Shown here: positions 35,814-43,000 of the stretch, piece after piece
How the letters are laid out: the number at the start of each line of letters is the position of its first letter
How positions within the stretch are numbered: the stretch's first letter is position 1
Source of the DNA: Candidatus Levybacteria bacterium RIFCSPHIGHO2_01_FULL_37_17
GTDB taxonomy: Bacteria; Patescibacteriota; Microgenomatia; Levybacterales; UBA12049
Direction of reading: 5' to 3'
DNA: 64,000 nucleotides
NCBI GenBank assembly: GCA_001782035.1
Contig: MFNL01000001.1
Span: 212,648 to 276,647 of the forward strand
Position numbers and translations under genes: made by a program
The notes under the pieces: model-generated
Told to the model about the DNA's origin: nothing
The model's database searches: none
What the model saw: the letters and a program-made list of their open reading frames with translations, nothing else

Positions 35814-36678
35814 AAACTCGGTTTTTAAAACACTGCTATATTTTGACATTTTTGAATATCCCTTAACCAAAGAGCAAATCTGGCAGTTTCTTAATAAAAA
35901 AATATCCAGGAAAGATTTTGAAAATTCGTTAAAAGACGTCTCCAATAAAAACTCGTTTTATTTTTTAAAAGGAAAAATTGCGAATATTTCAAAAAGAAAA
36001 AAACGAGAAGGTTTCAGTGCGCCAAAAATTGAAAGAGTGGAAGAAGTAGCAAAAAAACTATCCTTTATACCTACGCTGCACTTGATTGGAATAAGCGGAA
36101 GTTTATCGATGAAAAATTCAGATGAAGATGATGATATAGATATTTTTATAATCAGTAAAACTGGCTTTGTGTGGTTCACGCGATTATTATTGGCAATTTT
36201 ACTTAAGCTATTAGGAGTTTATAGAAGTCAACAAGAAAAAAATGTAAAAAATAAATTTTGTTTGAATTTTGTCATAGGTGAAGATAAAATGACTTTTAAT
36301 AAAAAAAAGCGTAATTTATATTTAGCTCACGAAATAGTACAACTTTTACCAGTTTTCCAAAGAGACAATACTTATAAAAAATTCATTAAAAATAATAATT
36401 GGATTTACAAATTTTTACCTAATTCTAAAGAAAAAATCATTAAAAATAATAATTTTATAAATAGAAAGTCTACAGCCTCAGAAAAAACTTTAGTTATGTT
36501 ATTAAATTTACTATATATAGAAAATTTAAGCAGATTTTTCCAATATATCTATATGAAACCAAAAATAACAAGTGAAAAAATTGAGAACGATGTGTTAGCC
36601 TTTCACCCGAAAAGTTATGAAAACCTTGTACTCAAAAAATTTAATTCTAGGTCGAAATACGATACTAGAGGACATTGA
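35800..36678 (+). CDS. Pol-beta-superfamily nucleotidyltransferase-domain protein (AT-rich gene)
   Basis: The G[SG]-x9-13-DhDh signature reads HLIGISGSLSMKNSDEDDDIDIFII. The 3' half is very Lys/Asn-rich and AT-rich. Confidence 0.45.
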   Translation: MDSSRNSVFKTLLYFDIFEYPLTKEQIWQFLNKKISRKDFENSLKDVSNKNSFYFLKGKIANISKRKKREGFSAPKIERVEEVAKKLSFIPTLHLIGISGSLSMKNSDEDDDIDIFIISKTGFVWFTRLLLAILLKLLGVYRSQQEKNVKNKFCLNFVIGEDKMTFNKKKRNLYLAHEIVQLLPVFQRDNTYKKFIKNNNWIYKFLPNSKEKIIKNNNFINRKSTASEKTLVMLLNLLYIENLSRFFQYIYMKPKITSEKIENDVLAFHPKSYENLVLKKFNSRSKYDTRGH

Positions 36679-36736
36679 CAAAGTATGTTTTTTGATATAT
36701 TATGACATGAAAATTAAGGCTTAATTATTATTTATT

Positions 36737-36765
36737 CCCTCGAGAAACTTGAGGGATTTTATTTT
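36737..36765 (+). terminator. intrinsic terminator CCCTCGAG-aaa-CTTGAGGG + ATTTTATTTT
   Basis: An 8-bp stem at 36737-36744/36748-36755 is followed by a T-rich run. Confidence 0.6.
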
Positions 36766-36772
36766 AAAAATT

Positions 36773-37240
36773 ATGGATAAAAAAATATTTTTAACAAAGG
36801 AGGGGTTTGCGGAGCTCAAAAAAGAATTCACACAGCTCAATGATATAAGAAGACCGGAAGTTTTGGAAAGAGTTTCTCAAGCAAGAAGTATGGGGGACCT
36901 TTCCGAGAACGCAGAATATGCTGCAGCAAGAGAAGAGCTTTCTTTTATTGACGGAAGGATAGATGAACTCGAAGAATTGATTGCCCAAGCTGTACTAATT
37001 CAGGAGGATCACGCAAAAGGAAATCATGTTGTAAAATTGGGTTCTAAAGTTTCCGTTAACATTAAAGGGAAAAAAGAGGAATTTATGGTTGTTGGGGAAT
37101 GGGAAGCCGACCCAAATGAAAAAAAAATATCACACGAGTCCCCTTTGGGCAAAGCAATAATTGGCAAAAAAGTTGGAGAGAAAGTCGAAGTAGAAGCTCC
37201 TGCAGGTACCGTTGTTTACACAATTACCTCTGTAAGCTAG
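36773..37240 (+). CDS. greA: transcription elongation factor GreA
   Basis: The sequence MDKKIFLTKEGFAELKKE..RRPEV..RVSQARSMGDLSENAEY matches GreA. The ORF-track start at 36749 lies inside the terminator. Confidence 0.85.
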   Translation: MDKKIFLTKEGFAELKKEFTQLNDIRRPEVLERVSQARSMGDLSENAEYAAAREELSFIDGRIDELEELIAQAVLIQEDHAKGNHVVKLGSKVSVNIKGKKEEFMVVGEWEADPNEKKISHESPLGKAIIGKKVGEKVEVEAPAGTVVYTITSVS

Positions 37241-37249
37241 AATAAGAGA

Positions 37250-38449
37250 GTGCCACAAGTTGATGATTTTTACAAAAAATTGGAAAAAGCTTCTGCGTCT
37301 TATAAAAGTGCGCGTATCATCGAATCCGGCGAAGGTGCTTATCTAACTATTGATGGAAATGAGGTGCTCAACCTTTGCTCAAGCCATTATTTGGGTCTTG
37401 CCGTAAATCCAAGACTCGTAAAAGCAGCAGCTGATGCTTCACAAAAATATGGAATTGGTACTGGATATCGAACTCTTGCAGGAAATCATAAGCTTCATTT
37501 AGAGCTTGAAGACTCCCTTGCAACATTCAAAAATGCAGAAGCCTCAATCGTTTTAACAGGAGGATATATGGCAAACTGCGCTGCCATACAAACAATTGTT
37601 GGGAAAGAAGACATCGTAATATCCGATGAGCTAAATCATGCTTCGATAATTGATGCGATTAGACTTTCCCAAGTAAAAAATAAATTAATCTACGAACATA
37701 AGAATCTCAGCTCTTTGGAAGAAAAATTAAAAGAAGCGGACAATTTAAGAAAAACACCCAATTCGGACGGAGAAAAACCTCTAATTTTAGTTGTAACAGA
37801 CGGAGTGTTTTCTATGGATGGGGATTTAGCACCCCTTCCTCAAATTGTGCAACTCGCCAAGAAATATGATGTTTTAACAATGGTAGATGATGCTCATGGG
37901 GAAGGAGTTTTAGGAGAGGGTGGGAGGGGAGTAGTAGACCATTTTAAACTTCATGGACAAATAGATATAGAAGTTGGGACATTGTCAAAAGCTTTTTCGG
38001 TGATAGGAGGTTTTATAACCGGTAAAAAGCTACTAATTGATTATTACAAGCAAAAAGCAAGGCAATATCTTTTTTCAAACGCCCTTACAATTTCCGATAC
38101 GGCGGCACTCATTGAGGCTGTAAGAATTCTTAGCGAATCAGACGAGCTGGTTAAAAAGCTTTGGGAGAATGCAAAATATCTAAAAGTTGAATTCAAAAAC
38201 GCAGGATTTGATACCGGACATTCTGAAACTCCTATAACCCCTGTTATGATTGGAGACGAAGACAAAGCAAGAGAATTTTCAAGAATGCTATTTGAAGAAG
38301 GCGTTTTTGCAACACCCATTGTTTTCCCAATGGTTGCTAAAGGAAAAGCGCGAGTCCGCGTCATCCCCTCCGCATCTCATTCAAGGCAAGACCTTAACAA
38401 AGGCATCTCTGCCTTTGTAAAAATCGGCAAACAGCTTAAATTAATATGA
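37250..38449 (+). CDS. kbl: glycine C-acetyltransferase / 2-amino-3-ketobutyrate CoA ligase (Kbl; AONS-family PLP enzyme)
   Basis: The sequence ..LNLCSSHYLGL.. and the PLP lysine region ..TLSKAFSVIGGF.. match the family. Pairing with tdh supports Kbl over BioF. Confidence 0.7.
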   Translation: MPQVDDFYKKLEKASASYKSARIIESGEGAYLTIDGNEVLNLCSSHYLGLAVNPRLVKAAADASQKYGIGTGYRTLAGNHKLHLELEDSLATFKNAEASIVLTGGYMANCAAIQTIVGKEDIVISDELNHASIIDAIRLSQVKNKLIYEHKNLSSLEEKLKEADNLRKTPNSDGEKPLILVVTDGVFSMDGDLAPLPQIVQLAKKYDVLTMVDDAHGEGVLGEGGRGVVDHFKLHGQIDIEVGTLSKAFSVIGGFITGKKLLIDYYKQKARQYLFSNALTISDTAALIEAVRILSESDELVKKLWENAKYLKVEFKNAGFDTGHSETPITPVMIGDEDKAREFSRMLFEEGVFATPIVFPMVAKGKARVRVIPSASHSRQDLNKGISAFVKIGKQLKLI

Positions 38450-39396
38450 AAAAAATACTGGTAACTGGCGCTTTTGGACAAATAGGATCAGAACTTGTTC
38501 CGGCTCTGCAAAAAAAATTTGGAGATGATCAAGTTGTTGCGATGGGGCATGAGCGCATAGGCCAAAACTTCAAAGGCATTATAGAAAAGGCAGATATAAG
38601 AGATAAAGAGTCAATTTTGTCCATAGTAAAAAAATATGATGTCGGTGAAATTTATCATCTTGTTTCGCTTCTTTCGGTAGGAGGAGAAAAGGATCCGAAA
38701 GTTACTTGGGAAATAAATGTCGGAGGTCTAAAAAATATTCTAGAGCTTGGAGTAGAGTTTGGACTTAAAATTTTTTGGCCTAGCTCAATTGCCGCATTCG
38801 GACCTACAACTCCGAGAAATAACACTCCACAGGAAACTATTTTGGAGCCAACTACAATGTATGGAGTAACAAAAGTTACGGGAGAAAATCTCTGCCGCTA
38901 TTTTAATATTAAATACGGACTTGATGTTAGATCTGTTCGCTATCCCGGAATAATTTCCTGGAAAACACCGCCGAGTGCCGGAACAACGGAATATACAGTA
39001 GCTATGCTATATGACGGTGTACAAGGAAAAGGAAATACTTGTTGGCTTGGACCTGATACGATGCTGCCCATGATGTATGTTAATGACGCCATAAAAGCAA
39101 CGGTAGACTTAATGGATACTCCGGTTTTAAAAATTAAACTTAGAGGAAGCTACAACCTTGCTGCTGTAAGTTTTACTGCAAAACAGTGGGAAGAAGCAAT
39201 TGGGAAACATATACCCGATTTAAAAGTTTCCTATAAACCCGATGAACGGCAAAAAATAGCAGATTCCTGGCCAAAAACAATTGATGATTCTAAAGCTAGA
39301 GCCGATTGGGGATGGGAACATGAGTATGATTTAGAAAAAATGACTAAAGAAATGGTAGATAATCTTCAAAGAAAATTAACCTCAAAAGCTGTATAA
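38446..39396 (+). CDS. tdh: L-threonine 3-dehydrogenase, NAD-dependent epimerase/dehydratase (extended SDR) type
   Basis: The Rossmann motif reads ILVTGAFGQIGSEL and the YxxxK reads ..MYGVTKV.. The gene overlaps the kbl stop. Confidence 0.65.
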   Translation: MKKILVTGAFGQIGSELVPALQKKFGDDQVVAMGHERIGQNFKGIIEKADIRDKESILSIVKKYDVGEIYHLVSLLSVGGEKDPKVTWEINVGGLKNILELGVEFGLKIFWPSSIAAFGPTTPRNNTPQETILEPTTMYGVTKVTGENLCRYFNIKYGLDVRSVRYPGIISWKTPPSAGTTEYTVAMLYDGVQGKGNTCWLGPDTMLPMMYVNDAIKATVDLMDTPVLKIKLRGSYNLAAVSFTAKQWEEAIGKHIPDLKVSYKPDERQKIADSWPKTIDDSKARADWGWEHEYDLEKMTKEMVDNLQRKLTSKAV

Positions 39397-39403
39397 TATC
39401 TTC

Positions 39404-40888
39404 ATGTTTTGGGCAGATAAATTATTAGAAAAAATTGAGGGAAAACAAGTTATAAATGACTCTTTTACTCCTTCGGGCATTGTTCATATGGGATCGTTAA
39501 AAGGCCCTGTAATTCACGATACTCTGGCAAAAGTTTTAAGAGAGAAAAAAGTTGATACAGAATTCCGTTATGGATTCGATGATATGGATCCGATTGATGG
39601 ATTACCAGCGAATTTAATGGAGTCACACGGAAAATACATGGGACAGCCTCTTTTTATGGCGGAAGGGCTTGAAAAAGGAGAAACATTTGGAGGACACTTT
39701 TCAAAAATGATGGAAGGCTTACTCAATCAATTAGATATAAAACCTGATTTTCTTTATAGAACAAGTGTTTTGTACAAAGAGGGAGTATTCAATAAAGCGA
39801 TAAAAATAGTTCTAGACGATGTAGATAAAGTTAGAAAAGTTTATGAAGATATGTACAAGAAAAAACTTTCAGATACCTGGTATCCTTTTCAAGTAATTTG
39901 CCCAAACTGCAAAAAATTAGGGACTACAAAAGTAATTAATTGGGACGGAGAAAAGGTTGAATATGAATGTCTTCCCAATTTAGTTATCTGGGCTAAAGGC
40001 TGCGGGCAAAAAGGAAAGATTTCTCCATATGATGGAAAAGGAAAAATGGTATGGAAAGTAGAATGGGCAGCAAAATGGTTTACTTTTGGCGTAACAATTG
40101 AGGGAGCTGGAAAAGACCATGCATCAGCAGGCGGATCTTACGATATAGCAATGGAGCTTGTTGAAAAAGTGTTCAAAACAAAAAAACCTCTAAAACTTGC
40201 TTATGAATTTTTTCTCTCCGGAGGCAAAAAAATGTCATCTTCGAAAGGCTTGGGTATAACAGGGGATGAGCTTTTAAAGGTGGTAGGTTCGGAAAGGGCA
40301 AGATTTTTGATGATAAAAACAGAGCCGAATGTTGCGGTTGAGTTTAGTCCAAAAGGCACAGATGGAATCCCTGCGCTATTCGATCAATACCAGTCCTTTG
40401 CCAATTCAAAAGACAAAGATCATCAAAGAGTAATTCAGTTTTCTAAAACTGCTCAAAAAGAAAATTTGCCGGATATTCGCTTTTCAACGATTGCGCAACT
40501 TGCTCAAATGCCAAATGCACAAGATAAAATTAAAAAGTATGAAGAATGGGCAGAATATGCAAAGGTTTGGGTAGAAAAATACGCGCCGGAGTCTGAAAAA
40601 TTCACAATTCAAAAAGAATTGCCAAAAGAAGTTAAAAATTTATCAAAAGAACAAAAAAAATTGTTGTCAAAAATTTCAAGTGAGATATTCAAAGATTTAC
40701 ATGCGGAAGAATTTCAAACTAAAATTTACGAATTAGGAAAAGAATTGGGTTTAAATGGAAAGCAAACATTTTCAGCCATTTATAATTCACTTCTTGGAAA
40801 AGATCACGGTCCAAAAGCAGCATGGTTAATTCTTTCTTTGGATAAAGATTTCGTTAAAAAAAGATTTGAAGAAGTTTCAAATGATTAA
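39404..40888 (+). CDS. lysK: lysyl-tRNA synthetase, class I (archaeal/spirochaete type)
   Basis: The HIGH-variant reads PSGIVHMGSLKG, ..FRYGFDDMDPIDGLP.. is present, the KMSKS-variant reads KKMSSSKG, and the C-terminal helical anticodon domain is present. Confidence 0.8.
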   Translation: MFWADKLLEKIEGKQVINDSFTPSGIVHMGSLKGPVIHDTLAKVLREKKVDTEFRYGFDDMDPIDGLPANLMESHGKYMGQPLFMAEGLEKGETFGGHFSKMMEGLLNQLDIKPDFLYRTSVLYKEGVFNKAIKIVLDDVDKVRKVYEDMYKKKLSDTWYPFQVICPNCKKLGTTKVINWDGEKVEYECLPNLVIWAKGCGQKGKISPYDGKGKMVWKVEWAAKWFTFGVTIEGAGKDHASAGGSYDIAMELVEKVFKTKKPLKLAYEFFLSGGKKMSSSKGLGITGDELLKVVGSERARFLMIKTEPNVAVEFSPKGTDGIPALFDQYQSFANSKDKDHQRVIQFSKTAQKENLPDIRFSTIAQLAQMPNAQDKIKKYEEWAEYAKVWVEKYAPESEKFTIQKELPKEVKNLSKEQKKLLSKISSEIFKDLHAEEFQTKIYELGKELGLNGKQTFSAIYNSLLGKDHGPKAAWLILSLDKDFVKKRFEEVSND

Positions 40889-41435
40889 AAAATTAATTTT
40901 TGCTACATCTCATAAAGGAAAAGTTGGAGAAGCGCAAGGCATATTGGATATTCCGTTGGAAATTGCCGATATAGAAGTTGATGAAGTACAGAGTATGGAT
41001 CTTGAATATGTAGCAAGAAAAAAGGTTGAAGAGGTTTTTAAAATTGTTCAACAACCTGTGATCATTGATGATGTTGGGCTCAAAATAAGAGCATGGAATG
41101 ATTTCCCCGGTCCATTAGTGAAATTTCTACAGAGAATTGTAGGCAATAAGAAAGTAGTTGAGCTTTTAAAAGATGAACAAAATAGAGAAGTTATAGTTCA
41201 GAGTGCCATTGGATTCCATGATGGAACAAAATCACATGTATTCATCGGAGAAGTTAAGGGAATAATAGCAACAGAGGAAAGAGGGACAGAAGGTTACGGA
41301 TTCGACCCAATAATAATTCCAGATGGACAAGATAAAACATATGCCGAAATGGGACTAGAGGGGAAAAATAAACTTTCTCACAGAAGAAAGGCCTTTGATA
41401 AATTAAAGGAACATTTAGATAGTCAAGGAAAATAA
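40881..41435 (+). CDS. rdgB: non-canonical purine NTP pyrophosphatase (RdgB/HAM1, ITPase)
   Basis: The sequence ..LIFATSHKGKVGE.., ..FPGPL.KF.. and ..GYGFDPI..P.G...T.AEM....KN..SHR.KA match the family. Confidence 0.8.
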   Translation: MIKKLIFATSHKGKVGEAQGILDIPLEIADIEVDEVQSMDLEYVARKKVEEVFKIVQQPVIIDDVGLKIRAWNDFPGPLVKFLQRIVGNKKVVELLKDEQNREVIVQSAIGFHDGTKSHVFIGEVKGIIATEERGTEGYGFDPIIIPDGQDKTYAEMGLEGKNKLSHRRKAFDKLKEHLDSQGK

Positions 41436-41454
41436 AAAGGAATATAATTAAATT

Positions 41455-42693
41455 ATGATTGACATTAAATTATTACGGGAAAATCCGCAGAAATTCCAGC
41501 AATCCGCCAAGGATAAAGGTATAAAGATTGATGTCGAACATGTTTTAGAGCTTGATAATAAATTCAGGGGGCTTGATTCAATGGCTCAAAAATTACGAGA
41601 AGAAAGAAACAGAGCATCTAGCGAAAAAAATATTGAAAAAGGGAAAGAAATAAAATTAAAGCTTGAAAAGCAGGAAAATGCACTTAGAGCAGTGGAGCAA
41701 GAATTAAAAGAATGGTTATACAAAATTCCAAACCCTGCAAAAAAAGATGTAAAAGTCGGCAAAGATGAAAGAGAAAACCAGGTTGTTAAAACATTTGGAA
41801 AAATTACAAAGTTTGATTTTAAACCAAAAGACCATTTGGATCTTGGAACAGCTTTGGGGATAATAGATATAGAATCTGCCGCAAAAGTTTCAGGAACAAG
41901 ATTTGCTTATTTAAAAAATGATGGTGTTTTACTAGAACTTGCGCTTATACAGTTCGCATTCGATATCCTTATTAAAGAAGGATTCGAGCCGATAATTCCA
42001 CCGGTTCTTATAAAAAAAGAGATAACAGAAGGCCTAGGGTATTGGCAAGCTGGGGGGCATGAAGACTATTTTTGGATTAACAGCGGAGAGGGCGAAGGAT
42101 ATTATCTAATAGGAACAGCAGAGCACTCAATAATTCCAATGTATAAAGATAAAATTCTAAATGGCAAAGAATTGCCCAAAAGAATAGTGGCTTTTTCGTC
42201 AGCATTCAGGAGAGAGGCGGGAAGTTATGGAAAGGATACTAGAGGAATATTGCGGGTTCACCAATTTGACAAAATTGAGATGGTCTCATTAGTAAAAGAG
42301 GGTGAAGATGATAAGGAACAAGATTATCTTATTTCTTTGGAAGAAAAATTTTTCCGGCTTCTTGAGATTCCTTATCAAATCCTAAAAATGTGCACTGCAG
42401 ATACGGGCTTTGTACAAGCTAGAAAGTACGATTTAGAAGCATGGATTCCTAGTGAAAACAAATTCAGGGAAATGACATCTGCTTCAACTGTTACGGATTT
42501 TCAATCAAGAAGATTAAATATTAAATACCAACAAGGCAATGAAAAAAAATACGCTTATGTATTAAATGCAACAGGGCTTGCAATTGGAAGAACGATTATT
42601 GCAATTTTAGAAAATTACCAACAAATTGATGGAAGCGTAAAAGTTCCAAAAGTTCTACAAAAATATTTAGGTAAAAGTGTAATAAAACAGTAA
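41455..42693 (+). CDS. serS: seryl-tRNA synthetase
   Basis: The N-terminal coiled-coil arm and class II motifs 2 and 3 (..FRREAGS.GKDTRGI.RVHQF.K.E.., ..GLAIGRT..A.LEN) are present. Confidence 0.9.
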   Translation: MIDIKLLRENPQKFQQSAKDKGIKIDVEHVLELDNKFRGLDSMAQKLREERNRASSEKNIEKGKEIKLKLEKQENALRAVEQELKEWLYKIPNPAKKDVKVGKDERENQVVKTFGKITKFDFKPKDHLDLGTALGIIDIESAAKVSGTRFAYLKNDGVLLELALIQFAFDILIKEGFEPIIPPVLIKKEITEGLGYWQAGGHEDYFWINSGEGEGYYLIGTAEHSIIPMYKDKILNGKELPKRIVAFSSAFRREAGSYGKDTRGILRVHQFDKIEMVSLVKEGEDDKEQDYLISLEEKFFRLLEIPYQILKMCTADTGFVQARKYDLEAWIPSENKFREMTSASTVTDFQSRRLNIKYQQGNEKKYAYVLNATGLAIGRTIIAILENYQQIDGSVKVPKVLQKYLGKSVIKQ

Positions 42694-42762
42694 TAATTCT
42701 TCTTTCTATTTTTTGCTTGTAAATTCAATCTAAATTATTGAATTCGAGGCTGACGAGATCTC

Positions 42763-42791
42763 TTGACAAAGTTAAATAAAATATCCATTAT
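42763..42791 (+). promoter_or_regulatory. putative promoter (TTGACA, then a weak -10 CATTAT/ATTATA) inside the cassette
   Basis: A perfect -35 hexamer sits at 42763-42768 and the -10 region at 42786-42791 is AT-rich. The -10 assignment is uncertain. Confidence 0.3.
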
Positions 42792-42836
42792 AAACTCAAT
42801 TATACTTTTACGAACGTAAAGGGGGGTGAGCTGAAA

Positions 42837-42875
42837 ATGGCAAAGAAGAAAAAGAAGTCCAAGAAAAGAAAGTAA
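42837..42875 (+). CDS. 12-codon poly-lysine micro-ORF (MAKKKKKSKKRK) with a strong Shine-Dalgarno
   Basis: The RBS AAAGGGGGGTGA (42818-42829) is followed by an ATG 8-10 nt downstream. The codons are AAG/AAA/AGA and the stop is TAA. The ORF is too short for the ORF track. Confidence 0.4.
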   Translation: MAKKKKKSKKRK

Positions 42876-42921
42876 TTGATAAGCTATTTGGAGCATTATC
42901 ACTTACCAATTGATCAATTGT

Positions 42922-42952
42922 AATCCCTCACATTTAATGTGAGGGATTTTCT
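42922..42952 (+). terminator. intrinsic terminator AATCCCTCACAT-tta-ATGTGAGGGATT + TTCT
   Basis: A 12-bp perfect stem (42922-42933/42937-42948) with a GC-rich core is followed by a U-tract. Confidence 0.55.
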
Positions 42953-43000
42953 ACATACTTTATTTTGGCAGTCAGCCTCGAATTGTGATAAAATTAATTA

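Larger units (their letters stand above)
42741..42984. repeat. 14-bp perfect inverted repeat pair (AATTCGAGGCTGAC / GTCAGCCTCGAATT) bounding a 216-bp promoter / micro-ORF / terminator cassette upstream of secA
   Basis: The left copy is at 42741-42754 and the right copy at 42971-42984. They are exact reverse complements. Confidence 0.6.

Noticed and set aside
35958-36179. 73-aa minus-strand ORF within the NTase gene
   Set aside because: It is antisense and very AT-rich with an Ile/Ser/Phe-rich translation. It has no independent support.
42741-42984. Calling the IR-bounded cassette a mobile element (MITE)
   Set aside because: No target-site duplication, transposase or additional copies are visible in this window. 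It is kept as a repeat plus regulatory cassette rather than a mobile_element.
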